A stretch of DNA of 56,704 nucleotides, from the NCBI GenBank assembly GCA_037388825.1, contig JARRJV010000010.1:1-56704 (forward strand), in the 5' to 3' direction. Positions 32,356 to 42,101 of this stretch are shown one piece after another. The position numbers were made by a program, and so were the translations under genes. Numbering within the stretch: the first letter of the stretch is position 1; each line of letters begins with the position of its first letter. The stretch is from Acidiferrobacteraceae bacterium. Lineage in GTDB: Bacteria; Pseudomonadota; Gammaproteobacteria; Acidiferrobacterales; JAJDNE01. The notes under the pieces are model-generated. The model worked only from the letters and a program-made list of their open reading frames with translations, made no database searches and was not told the DNA's origin.

Positions 32356-33843
32356 TCAGCCGCTTACCTCGGGGTAGGGATAGAGTTCCATCAGGGGCCT
32401 GCTGCGACCGGCGGTTTGTACGATGCGCGCATGGCGGCGGGTGAATTCCCGTGCATTGGTCAAACCACAGGAATGGGCGATCACGTCGAGGTCATTGTTG
32501 ATGCCGATGGCATAGGTTGCGACTCGCTTGGCCTTGTCCATGGGTACCAGGCCCTTCTGCAGGCGCGGATTGTGGGTGGCGACCCCGGTCGGACAGGTGT
32601 CCTTGTGGCACTGAAGCGACTGGATGCAGCCCAGGGCGAACATGAAACCACGGGCGCTGACGGTGAAGTCCGCGCCCACGCAAAGGGCCCAGGCCGCCCG
32701 GTCCGAAGTGACCAGCTTGCCCGAAGCGATTACGCGAATCCGGTCTCGCAAACCGGCAGCGATGAGCACATCGACGGCGATGGGCAGCGCCTCGCTCAGG
32801 GGCAAACCTACGTGGTCCGCCAGGACCTGCGGCGCAGCACCCGATCCCCCATCACCCCCGTCCACGGTCATGAAGTCTGGTGCGCTGTCTTCGCCGCGAC
32901 GGTGGACAGCCTCGCACAACGCGGTCGGGTAACTTCCATCGGCAATCACGGTCTTGAAACCCACCGGGCGTCCCGTCACGTCGCGTATGCGCGCGATCAT
33001 GTCCAACAGGTGGTCCGGTGAATCGATCTCCACATGCCGATTGGGGCTGCGCGATGCATGGTGCGCCGGAATGCCCCGAATCTCGGCAATCTCCTCGGTC
33101 ACCTTGGCCGCCGGCAGGATCCCGCCTTTTCCGGGCTTGGCCCCCTGCGCCAGCTTGATCTCGAAGGCGTTCACATACTGAGACACCTCGCGCAGACGCG
33201 CCTCGCTCAGGCGCCCGTTCTCGTCGCGCACCCCGTACTTTGCCGTGCCGATCTGGAAGATGCGGTCGCAGTCCCCTTCGAGATGATACCTGGTCAGCCC
33301 ACCCTCACCCGTGTTCATCCACACGCCCGCGGCGGCAGCGCCACGCGACAGGGCCTCCACCGCCACCGAGGAAAGCGCGCCGAAACTCATTCCGGAAATG
33401 TTGACGATGCGCCTGGCGGTAAATGGCTTGTCGCAGCCGGGACCGATGACCATGGGTGGCGACGGCGTGCAGTCATCCTCCAGCTTGGGATAGGGCGAGT
33501 TGATGAATATTACGGATCCCGGCTCGCGCATGTCTGCCCCGGTCCCAAAGCCGATGATTCCACCCAGACCCTTGGCGGTGCGGTAGACCCAAGTCCGCGC
33601 CATGCGGTTGAAGGGCATCTCCTCGCGATCATTGGCGAACAGATACTGGCGCAGGTTCACGCCCAGACTTTCCATGAAATAGCGCAGGCGTCCAATGACC
33701 GGGAAATTGCGCCGAACCGCGTCCTCGGTCTGGGTTACGTCCCGAATGAACATCACAAACAGGATGGCAAGGATCGCCCCGGCCACCCAACCGAGAATCA
33801 CGATTACCCAATGGATGGTCGTGATGAGAGAGCTGACTTCCAT
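32356..33843 (-). CDS. FMN-binding glutamate synthase family protein (stand-alone, membrane-anchored)
   Basis: N-terminal TM; [56 protein letters not shown] [3Fe-4S] motif. Confidence 0.93.
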   Translation of the reverse strand: MEVSSLITTIHWVIVILGWVAGAILAILFVMFIRDVTQTEDAVRRNFPVIGRLRYFMESLGVNLRQYLFANDREEMPFNRMARTWVYRTAKGLGGIIGFGTGADMREPGSVIFINSPYPKLEDDCTPSPPMVIGPGCDKPFTARRIVNISGMSFGALSSVAVEALSRGAAAAGVWMNTGEGGLTRYHLEGDCDRIFQIGTAKYGVRDENGRLSEARLREVSQYVNAFEIKLAQGAKPGKGGILPAAKVTEEIAEIRGIPAHHASRSPNRHVEIDSPDHLLDMIARIRDVTGRPVGFKTVIADGSYPTALCEAVHRRGEDSAPDFMTVDGGDGGSGAAPQVLADHVGLPLSEALPIAVDVLIAAGLRDRIRVIASGKLVTSDRAAWALCVGADFTVSARGFMFALGCIQSLQCHKDTCPTGVATHNPRLQKGLVPMDKAKRVATYAIGINNDLDVIAHSCGLTNAREFTRRHARIVQTAGRSRPLMELYPYPEVSG

Positions 33844-33919
33844 GATCTTCCTGCGTTTGTCTTTTTATATAGTTTCTGTAGACGGACAAATCGCTATTCG
33901 GTTCCCTTCAACTATTCGG

Positions 33920-35251
33920 TCAATCGCCCGCCGGCTCCCGTGCCGCCTCCCGGCCACGTCGTTCATTGACCGTTGTCAGCATCGCCGCGCCGATGACGAA
34001 ATAGGCGGCGGTGACGAGAATCGCCAGGCGATGGTTTCCCCGGGACAGCACCGTGACTGCGCCGTAGGATACAGGTCCGACAATGGCCGCAAGCTTCACC
34101 GCCAGGCCCCACATACCGAAGAATTCGCCCGAGCGGTCCGGCGGCGAGAATTGCCCCACCAGCGCCCGGCTGGCCGACTGGCTGGAGCCCATCGCCAGGC
34201 CGATGAGATTGGCGCTGACCCAGAAACCGGTACGATCGCTGCTCAGGTAGGCCAGCACCAGCGCACTGGTCCACAACAGCAGGGTCAGAATGAGTGTACG
34301 AATCGAACCGATCCGGTCCTGAACCCGGCCAAACAGAAATGCGCCGACGGCCGAGGTGACATTCACCACCATGATCATGACCAACGATTCCTGGGTACTG
34401 AAGCCCATCACTTCGCGCGCATAGACGGCCGCCAGCACGATGACCGTATAGATTCCACAATGGAAAACCGTGACGGTAAGCAGAAACCGGAACAGGTCCC
34501 GGTACCGGCGCACGTGATGCCAGGTGGAGGCCACCCGATGAAAGCCGATGCCGATATAGCCATACCCCCGGGGCAGGGTTTGACCAACGGCGCGCTCGCG
34601 CAGCCAGATAAAGGTAGGCAAAGATGCCAGCGCAAAGGTGCCGGCAGTAATGAGCATGGTCACCGGGACATACTGTGCGGCCCCCTGGCCATGGCCCTCG
34701 GCCCAGTGCACATAGGCAACGCAAAGACCCAGGGCCAGCAGACCGCCGAAGTACCCGAGAGACCAGCCATAGCCGGAGATTCGACCCATGTCTTCCTGCG
34801 GCGCAATCTCCGGCAGGAAGGCGGCGATCAGATTCTCTCCCGCGGAAAACATGATCGTGGCCAGAATGACACAGATCATTCCGCTTGCCACGTCCCCCGG
34901 CCCAATCAGTGCAAGCAAGGCGGTAAAACTGACACAGCCAATCGTGGTCGCGGCCAGAAAACGTTTCTTGTGCGCGCCGAAATCCGCAATCGCTCCCACG
35001 ACGGGGGCGCTCAACAGGACGATGCCGTTGGCAACACCCATGGCCAGCGTCCAGTACAGAGTCGCCAGGCCGTGGTTGCCGACACCGGCGGCCACTACCG
35101 AGACAAAGTAGGCATTGAAAATTGCCGTCAGGACGATGGTCGTGTAGCCGGAATTGGCGAAGTCATACATCGCCCAGGCGAAGATCTCGATGCGGGGCGC
35201 GAGTTGCGTCGCCCCGGCAATGCTGGCTCCCTGCGTGTCTTTGGACGTCAC
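33920..35251 (-). CDS. MFS transporter (UMF1/Atg22-like)
   Basis: AWAMYDFANSGYTT, SAPVVGAIAD, GRISGYGWSLGYFGG, QSASRAL, GEFFGMW. Confidence 0.92.
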   Translation of the reverse strand: MTSKDTQGASIAGATQLAPRIEIFAWAMYDFANSGYTTIVLTAIFNAYFVSVVAAGVGNHGLATLYWTLAMGVANGIVLLSAPVVGAIADFGAHKKRFLAATTIGCVSFTALLALIGPGDVASGMICVILATIMFSAGENLIAAFLPEIAPQEDMGRISGYGWSLGYFGGLLALGLCVAYVHWAEGHGQGAAQYVPVTMLITAGTFALASLPTFIWLRERAVGQTLPRGYGYIGIGFHRVASTWHHVRRYRDLFRFLLTVTVFHCGIYTVIVLAAVYAREVMGFSTQESLVMIMVVNVTSAVGAFLFGRVQDRIGSIRTLILTLLLWTSALVLAYLSSDRTGFWVSANLIGLAMGSSQSASRALVGQFSPPDRSGEFFGMWGLAVKLAAIVGPVSYGAVTVLSRGNHRLAILVTAAYFVIGAAMLTTVNERRGREAAREPAGD

Positions 35252-35305
35252 GAGAGGGGCTGCGAATGGAAAGACAACAAGTTGATGTGCCCGGTAGGCA
35301 CCGGT

Positions 35306-35653
35306 TCAGCCGGAGACCGCCTCGCTGTTCTCGTGCGGCGCGGGCGACTCGCGCTCGGCGATTTTGAGGACCACATTCAGGATATCGGAGTTCTCGTTTT
35401 CGTTGATCCGATAATACACCTCTTTGCCGCGCTTCTCGCAAACGAGCAGTCCCGTGTTGCGCAGCACCTTGAGGTGGTGGGAAATGGCGGGACGACTGAG
35501 ACGAAAGACAGCAGCAATGTCGGTTACGCAAATCTCCTCGTGGGGATCAAACAGAAGCAGGATCTTCTGACGGGTCGCGTCGCCGAGGGCCGAAAATACC
35601 GCGGTGTTGCGCTCCCATTGTGGCGACAGATGTTCGACGAAATTCTTGTTCAT
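35306..35653 (-). CDS. ArsR/SmtB family transcriptional regulator
   Basis: FSALGDATRQKIL, EICVTDIA, LSRPAISHHLKVLRNTGLL, GKEVYY; start ATG35653. Confidence 0.93.
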   Translation of the reverse strand: MNKNFVEHLSPQWERNTAVFSALGDATRQKILLLFDPHEEICVTDIAAVFRLSRPAISHHLKVLRNTGLLVCEKRGKEVYYRINENENSDILNVVLKIAERESPAPHENSEAVSG

Positions 35654-35706
35654 GGAAGCGAACGACGGACCAAAACAGCTCCGCTCCAGTACTACCGACA
35701 GCCCCC

Positions 35707-35743
35707 ATCCTATCCGAGTCGACCTGAATGTCAATATATTTGA
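35707..35743 (-). promoter_or_regulatory. Sigma-70 promoter and putative ArsR operator
   Basis: Minus strand TTGACA (35734-35729)-N16-TAGGAT (35712-35707); a TCAA-N5-TTGA inverted repeat (35731-35743) overlaps the -35. Confidence 0.7.
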
Positions 35744-35746
35744 ATT

Positions 35747-36787
35747 TTATACTTTACTTATTTTGCCCAGTTTCCCGGCGGATGTTTTGCTGGGTCCCAG
35801 CAGGACCAGCGAAAAATAGCGATTGTCCGGTTCGTAGTGCTCCCGTATTTCCAGTCCCGCGAGCCCCAGCAGTCGCTCCAGCGCGGTCACCGTGAATTTT
35901 CGGCTGATCTCCGTGCGAATGGTCTCGCCCTGTTCAAACTCCACCTCAAGGTCCAGCCCGTCGATGCGGACCGATTGTGCACGCCGCGACTCCAGATGCA
36001 TCTCGATCTGGGACTCGGCCTCATTGAACCATGCGCGATGACAAAACGCCGCCGGGTCGAAACGCGCATCCAGCTCGCGATTGATGACCTGCAGAACATT
36101 CAGATTGAACTCGGCGGTCACTCCCTGCTTGTCGTTGTATGCCGCGTTCAAAACCTCGTGATTCTTTACTCGATCGACGCCGAGCAGGAGCAGATCCGAC
36201 GGTCCCATGGCCCGCCGCACCTGCCGCAGAAAACTTTGCGCCTCCAGGTCCGTCAGGTTCCCCAGAGTTCCGCCAAGGAATACGAATAGACGCTTGCCCG
36301 CGACATAGGACAACACCTCCAGCCCGTGACCGTAATCGCCAACCAGGCCGTCGATGGTCAACCACGCGAAGTTGTCCAGAAGTCGCGCCCCCGCCTCCCG
36401 CACCACTTCTTCGCACACGTCCAGCGGCTGGTACCGCACGGGGTGTCCAAGTTCGGAACAGGCCTGCAGCAGATGTTCGGTCTTGCGCGAAGTCCCGCTG
36501 CCCAGTTCGATAATGGTATCCGGGCGGGCCGCCTCGACAATCGCGCGCGCCGATGTCTCGAGCAGTGCCGTTTCCGTTCTCGCGGGGTAGTACTCGGGCA
36601 CTTCACAAATGAGGTCGTACAGGTATGAACCCCGCTCATCATAGAAGTACTTGGGCGGGATCCGCTTCGGGTTTGCACGCAAACCCGTTCTCACGTCTGT
36701 GGCGAGACTTGCGGCTGGAACATCGTCGCCGAATCTTGATACCCGAAATCGCTGGCTCACAGCGACTTCGCTCGCTCCTGTCTTCAT
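35747..36787 (-). CDS. egtD: L-histidine N-alpha-methyltransferase (hercynine synthesis)
   Basis: PPKYFYDERGS, PEYYPARTE, ELGSGTSRKT, AAYND..GVTAEFNLN, IEMHL, RTEISRKFT; start ATG36787. Confidence 0.95.
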   Translation of the reverse strand: MKTGASEVAVSQRFRVSRFGDDVPAASLATDVRTGLRANPKRIPPKYFYDERGSYLYDLICEVPEYYPARTETALLETSARAIVEAARPDTIIELGSGTSRKTEHLLQACSELGHPVRYQPLDVCEEVVREAGARLLDNFAWLTIDGLVGDYGHGLEVLSYVAGKRLFVFLGGTLGNLTDLEAQSFLRQVRRAMGPSDLLLLGVDRVKNHEVLNAAYNDKQGVTAEFNLNVLQVINRELDARFDPAAFCHRAWFNEAESQIEMHLESRRAQSVRIDGLDLEVEFEQGETIRTEISRKFTVTALERLLGLAGLEIREHYEPDNRYFSLVLLGPSKTSAGKLGKISKV

Positions 36788-37017
36788 CGAATTCTCCGTT
36801 CGGGTGCAATTCCCTGTTTGTTCTTGCGCAAGGATTAAAACGAATATTCGCTCGTACGGCAAAACAATACGAAAGAACATCCCCGGTATCCCTTGTCACA
36901 GTGCTGTAATTCAATTGTAGGACCGCGGCGCACACCCCAGGTTCTCCCGATTGTCGGTCGTTTTTTCGGATACCCGCCCTGCTTGTCTGCCTGGAATATT
37001 TGCGCGATAGTCGCAGC

Positions 37018-37794
37018 ATGTGCCGCCTCGCCGCCTATCTCGGGCCCTCGGTGCCCCTCAACAGATTCCTGCTCGAACCGCCCCACAGCCTGGTGGAACA
37101 ATCCTGGGCGCCGCGGGAAATGCGGGAGGCGAGATTGAACGCGGACGGATTCGGATTCGGCTGGTTTACCGGACCAGAAGATCCGCCGTCGGTCTACACC
37201 AACCCCATGCCCATCTGGACCGATCCAAACCTCGCAGGCCTTGGACGCGCCCTGGAATCTGGCTTGTGGCTGGCCTATGTCCGGAGCGCCACCCGTAGAA
37301 CCGACGTATCCCATGCCAACACCCAGCCCTTTGCCGGTGCATCGCTGCTCTTCATGCACAACGGATACATTGATCTGTTCGGCGAAACGCTGCGTCACCA
37401 TATCCGCCACGCACTTTGCACGGAATGCGAACGGACCATTCACGGAAACACGGACTCCGAATATCTGTTCGCACTGCTGCGCCAGCAACTGCTTGACGGT
37501 CGATCCCTGGAATCGGGAATGATGCAACTCTTCGATCTGCTAACGCAGTGGGCCGCTGATGTACGGCTGCTTCTCAATTTCATCATCACTGACGGCACGC
37601 GCATCGTTGCAACGCGACATGCCATTAACGGGGAATGTCCATCACTGTATTACAGTGATCGCGTCGCCGATCTCGAAGGTGCCTTGTGTGTTGCCTCTGA
37701 ACCCCTCACGGATCGGGACCAATGGGAGTCCGTACCGGAACACAGCCTGGTGCTTCTGGATCGTGACAAGGGAATCGTCGTGCGAGCGCTATGA
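37018..37794 (+). CDS. egtC: Ergothioneine biosynthesis class-II glutamine amidotransferase/hydrolase
   Basis: MCRL N-terminal nucleophile Cys, NADGFGFGW, VRSAT, NTQPF, MHNG, GNTDSE, VASEPL. Confidence 0.92.
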   Translation: MCRLAAYLGPSVPLNRFLLEPPHSLVEQSWAPREMREARLNADGFGFGWFTGPEDPPSVYTNPMPIWTDPNLAGLGRALESGLWLAYVRSATRRTDVSHANTQPFAGASLLFMHNGYIDLFGETLRHHIRHALCTECERTIHGNTDSEYLFALLRQQLLDGRSLESGMMQLFDLLTQWAADVRLLLNFIITDGTRIVATRHAINGECPSLYYSDRVADLEGALCVASEPLTDRDQWESVPEHSLVLLDRDKGIVVRAL

Positions 37795-38951
37795 CCGGCT
37801 CTGCATTGAAAGAACTGGAAGACAGCCAGTCTCGCCTTCTCGACCTCGTTTCCGGAATCCCTGCGACCGATCTTAGCCGCCAGTATCACCCGGATCTGAG
37901 TCCCCTGGTGTGGCATCTCGGCCACACGGCCTTCATGGAGGCATTCTGGATCCGCAAGACCGTGATGGGAGACAGGCGAATCACTGAACCGCTGGAATCG
38001 CTTTATCGGCCGGAACTGAGTCCGAAGACCCGACGCGGGGTCCGGGCCGGTGATCCGGAACAGGTGCTGTGCTTCGCATCCCGGTTATACAGGGAGCATC
38101 TGGATCTTCTCGCCGAGCTGCAGGCGCAAAGGAGTGCTCATGCGCTGCTGCAGAATGACTACCTGGTGCAGTTTCTGGCGCAGCACAACCAGCAACATGC
38201 AGAAACCGTATCCCAGGTACTTCAGCAGCGTGCAAAGGAGCAAAATGACCCGCAAGGGTTTCCCATGCCCTCACCCGATCGCGAACCGACAAGGGTACAT
38301 GAGCTTTCTGCACAGGAGATCTGGCTGGGCAGTGACGATTCCGCGTTGGCGTACGACAACGAACGACCGCGACATCGACAAAAGGTCGATGCATTCGCCA
38401 TCGCGGCAGCACCCGTCAGTAATGCACAGTATCTCGCCTTTATCCTTGACGGAGGCTACGCCGACCGCCGGTTCTGGAGTGTGGAAGGCTGGAACTGGCG
38501 CACCGAGTCGGCACGCACGCTTCCGGATTCCTGGTGCCGCACCGGACCTGAAGACATCTGTTGCATGGCGCCCTCCGGGCCGGAGCCCGTACAGGGCACG
38601 GATTCGGTGACTGGCCTGGCGTTCTACGAGGCCGAAGCCTATGCGCGATACGCCGATGCCCGCCTGCCGTGCGAGGTGGAATGGGAAACCGCCGCCCAGC
38701 GGATTCCCGATTTCCTCGCCAGCAGCGGTCGGGCATGGGAATGGTGCGCGAATGCCTTCTATCCCTACCCCGGCTTCCAGCCCTTCCCCTACGACGGCTA
38801 TTCCCAGCCGTGGTTCGACGGGAAACATCGCTCCCTGCGCGGCGCAAGCCGGTTCACCGGCGCGAAACTGCGGCGCGCGACTTTCCGTAATTTTTACCTG
38901 CCCGACAAGCGTCATGTTTTCGCGGGCGCGCGTCTCGCCTACGATCGCTAG
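37791..38951 (+). CDS. egtB: Non-heme iron sulfoxide synthase (DinB_2 + FGE-sulfatase fold)
   Basis: SPLVWHLGH and QHNQQHAET (3-His Fe triad, HxxxHxE), RLPCEVEWE, WEWC, YDGYSQPWF, FRNFY...FAGARLA; ATGA overlap with egtC. Confidence 0.9.
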   Translation: MTGSALKELEDSQSRLLDLVSGIPATDLSRQYHPDLSPLVWHLGHTAFMEAFWIRKTVMGDRRITEPLESLYRPELSPKTRRGVRAGDPEQVLCFASRLYREHLDLLAELQAQRSAHALLQNDYLVQFLAQHNQQHAETVSQVLQQRAKEQNDPQGFPMPSPDREPTRVHELSAQEIWLGSDDSALAYDNERPRHRQKVDAFAIAAAPVSNAQYLAFILDGGYADRRFWSVEGWNWRTESARTLPDSWCRTGPEDICCMAPSGPEPVQGTDSVTGLAFYEAEAYARYADARLPCEVEWETAAQRIPDFLASSGRAWEWCANAFYPYPGFQPFPYDGYSQPWFDGKHRSLRGASRFTGAKLRRATFRNFYLPDKRHVFAGARLAYDR

Positions 38952-39059
38952 CGAAGCGCTCTTGCCTGCGTTAGGATTCGGCCGCCCGGGAGCTGAATTC
39001 GGCCAGACGCGTTACCGGGATTCGACGCGACGTCACCGCCCCGACAACACGTACAATAA

Positions 39060-40544
39060 ATGAGAACTCAAATGCGCCCCTGGCTATCCCTTCACGCCGC
39101 GATCAAGGCGGCAATCGTCGTCCTTCTGCTGTCACCCATTCTTGCCATGGCCTCCGATGTGGTCATGGGTGGCGGCTCACGCCTGGACCTGACCGCAAGC
39201 CCCTTCGGCATTTTCTCCCTGATTGCCTTTGTCGTGTCCTATGGTTTCGTTATCAACGAGGAGTTCCTGGATCTTCGAAAATCGAAAACCGTCATCGTCG
39301 CGGCAGGCTTCATCTGGTTGCTGGTATCCATTGCCTACACCCTGGAAGGTCGCAGTGCGGAGGCGGCTGAAGCCCTGCGCCATAACCTCCTGGAATACGC
39401 CGAGCTGCTGCTGTTCCTGCTTGCAGCCATGACCTATATCAACACCATGGAAGAGCGGCGCGTCTTCCGCGCCCTGCGCGCGTGGCTGGTGTCCAGCGGA
39501 TTCTCTTTGCGAACCATCTTCTGGCTGACCGGATTGATGGCATTCCTGATTTCACCAGTGGCCGACAACCTCACTACGGCCCTGCTTATGGGAGCCGTTG
39601 CCCTGGCCGTGGGCGGTAACAACAAACGTTTCGTAACCCTTTCCTGTATCAATATTGTTGTGGGTGCCAACGCCGGCGGTGCGTTCAGCCCCTTCGGCGA
39701 TATCACGACCCTGATGGTCTGGCAGAAAGGCGTGGTGCATTTCTGGCAGTTCTTTGACCTGTTCATCCCCTCCTTCGTGAACTGGTTCGTCCCGGCACTG
39801 ATCATGTCCTTCGCCGTGCAATCGGGAAAACCCGAGGCGGTAGCGGAAGAAATCCGGATCAAACGCGGCGGCATGACGATCGTCGGCCTATTCCTGTTCA
39901 CGATTGCGATGACCGTCACCATGCACAACTACCTGGACATGCCTCCCTTTATCGGAATGATGACGGGTCTGGGTCTCTTGAAGGTCTACGGCTATTTCAT
40001 TCGTCGTGACGAACTTCGCACCATGTCGTTCGCCATGGGGCCCGAGTTCGATGCGCTGCAGGAACGCTTCCCGGTCAAGCCGGCGGTGAAGCCGTTCGAC
40101 ATATTCATCAGCATGAAACGGGCCGAATGGGATACGCTGATGTTCTTCTACGGGGTTGTACTCTCCGTCGGCGGTCTGGGTCTGATCGGCTATCTCGCGC
40201 ACCTGTCCCACTTCATGTATGTCGGTCTCGGCGCCACCGAGGCCAATATCCTCGTCGGCATTCTCTCGTCCATCGTTGACAATATTCCGGTGATGTTCGC
40301 CGTCCTGACCATGCACCCGGACATGTCGGTAGGCCAGTGGCTGCTTGTGACGCTTACCGCCGGGGTGGGCGGTTCCCTGCTCTCCATCGGGTCTGCCGCG
40401 GGCGTTGCGCTGATGGGCCAAGCCCGTGGCGTATACACCTTCTTCGCCCATCTGCGCTGGAGCTGGGCCGTGGCGCTGGGCTACGCGGGCAGTATCTGGA
40501 TACACTTCATGATCAATACTACGGTCCTGCACACGGTACCCTAG
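39060..40544 (+). CDS. nhaD: NhaD family Na+/H+ antiporter
   Basis: LDLRKSK, YAELLLFLLAAMTYIN, SPVADNLTTALLM, FSPFGDITTLMVWQ, SSIVDNIP, GGSLLSIGSAAG. Start 39060 or 39072. Confidence 0.93.
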   Translation: MRTQMRPWLSLHAAIKAAIVVLLLSPILAMASDVVMGGGSRLDLTASPFGIFSLIAFVVSYGFVINEEFLDLRKSKTVIVAAGFIWLLVSIAYTLEGRSAEAAEALRHNLLEYAELLLFLLAAMTYINTMEERRVFRALRAWLVSSGFSLRTIFWLTGLMAFLISPVADNLTTALLMGAVALAVGGNNKRFVTLSCINIVVGANAGGAFSPFGDITTLMVWQKGVVHFWQFFDLFIPSFVNWFVPALIMSFAVQSGKPEAVAEEIRIKRGGMTIVGLFLFTIAMTVTMHNYLDMPPFIGMMTGLGLLKVYGYFIRRDELRTMSFAMGPEFDALQERFPVKPAVKPFDIFISMKRAEWDTLMFFYGVVLSVGGLGLIGYLAHLSHFMYVGLGATEANILVGILSSIVDNIPVMFAVLTMHPDMSVGQWLLVTLTAGVGGSLLSIGSAAGVALMGQARGVYTFFAHLRWSWAVALGYAGSIWIHFMINTTVLHTVP

Positions 40545-40587
40545 ACAGAGACCGTCGCGACGCATCGAATCACAACCGGGAGGAAGC

Positions 40588-42012
40588 ATGAACGATGCGA
40601 TACATTCCCTGACCGCCCTCCTTGGGCAGGTTGACGATTTCCTGTGGGGCAACTACGTCACTCTCGGTGCCCTTTTGGGAACCGGTCTGTATCTCACCTG
40701 GCGCATGCGCGGCATACAGCTGCGTGGTTTCCGCCACTCGATTCACCTGATCCAGGGGCGCTACAGCCGCCCCGAGGACGTGGGCGAGGTTTCCCATTTT
40801 CAGGCCCTGGCCACTGCCCTGTCGGCAACCGTTGGCACCGGCAACATCGCCGGTGTTGCCACGGCGATCACCCTGGGCGGACCGGGAGCCCTGTTCTGGA
40901 TGTGGGTGACCGCGGCTCTGGGCATGGCAACCAAGTTCACGGAATGCACCCTTTCCCTGAAGTTCCGCGAAGTGGATCCGGACGGCCACGTCGCCGGTGG
41001 GCCCATGTACACCCTGCTGCATGGCCTGAAAATGCGGCGCACCGCGATCGCGTTTGCGAGCTTCGCACTGATCGCCTCATTTGGCATCGGCAATATGGTG
41101 CAGGCCAATTCCGTAGTCGACGGCCTGGGTTATGTCTTCGCACCACTACTGAAGACCGATGCCGGGACCCTGCAGCAGGCCCGGGAGGCGTTCAATGCCC
41201 AGTATGGCTGGCTCGTGGGCTCGGGCATGGCCGTACTCGTGGGCCTGGTCATCATTGGTGGCGTGAAGCGAATCGCCCGCGTCGCCAGCGCACTGGTTCC
41301 ATTCATGGCCATTCTCTATATCGCAAGCGCGCTGATCGTGCTTGGGAACCATGTGAGCGAGATTCCGGCGGCCGTTGCCACGATCTTCAACTACGCGCTC
41401 AACCCCTGGTCCGTGGGCGGCGCGGTGGTTGGCGAGGCAATGCGCTGGGGCGTGGCGCGCGGTCTGTTTTCGAACGAGGCAGGCCTCGGTTCCTCACCCA
41501 TGGCCCACGCGGCCGCACGAACGAACGAACCCGTGCGCGAGGGTCTGGTGGCAATGATGGAACCCTTCATCGACACCCTGTTGATCTGCTCCATGACCGG
41601 GCTTGTGATCGTTGTCAGCGGCGCCTGGGGCGCCGGCCGACCCGCAGGGCTTGAGGGCGCGGCGCTGACCGCATACGCCTTTGGGAAAACGCTGGACCAT
41701 ACCGGATCCATCGTCGTCGGCATCGGCCTGATGCTGTTTGCCTTTTCGACCATGATCTCCTGGTCCTACTATGGGGATCGCTCGGCCCATTTCCTGTTCG
41801 GCGAGAAAGCGGTGTTACGCTACCGAATCGTCTATATGATCCTGGTCGCAGTGGGTGCCGCCGTTCCACTGAAGCTGGTCTGGAATATCGCCGACATCAC
41901 CAATATCCTCATGGCACTCCCCAATCTTCTCAGCCTGATTCTTCTTGCGGGTCTGGTAAAACGGCTGCATGACCAGTACTTCAGCGCCCATCGCGCGTCA
42001 TCCAGCGCCTGA
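40588..42012 (+). CDS. Alanine/glycine:cation symporter (AlsT family)
   Basis: ALSATVGTGNIAGVA, GGPGALFWMW, GGPMY, GVARGLFSNEAGLGS, MEPFIDT, MALPNL. Confidence 0.95.
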   Translation: MNDAIHSLTALLGQVDDFLWGNYVTLGALLGTGLYLTWRMRGIQLRGFRHSIHLIQGRYSRPEDVGEVSHFQALATALSATVGTGNIAGVATAITLGGPGALFWMWVTAALGMATKFTECTLSLKFREVDPDGHVAGGPMYTLLHGLKMRRTAIAFASFALIASFGIGNMVQANSVVDGLGYVFAPLLKTDAGTLQQAREAFNAQYGWLVGSGMAVLVGLVIIGGVKRIARVASALVPFMAILYIASALIVLGNHVSEIPAAVATIFNYALNPWSVGGAVVGEAMRWGVARGLFSNEAGLGSSPMAHAAARTNEPVREGLVAMMEPFIDTLLICSMTGLVIVVSGAWGAGRPAGLEGAALTAYAFGKTLDHTGSIVVGIGLMLFAFSTMISWSYYGDRSAHFLFGEKAVLRYRIVYMILVAVGAAVPLKLVWNIADITNILMALPNLLSLILLAGLVKRLHDQYFSAHRASSSA

Positions 42013-42101
42013 ACGCGGATACATGGGATTACTAGCCCTGGTGTAAGCTTCAGGGTTTCATGTTTCAGGCAACATCGGCGCGCGCAGGAAGGACACAATT
42101 C

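Noticed and set aside
37791-38951. Calling the enzyme OvoA or SenA
   Set aside because: No C-terminal methyltransferase domain (OvoA) and no adjacent senB/senC; egtC and egtD context favours EgtB.
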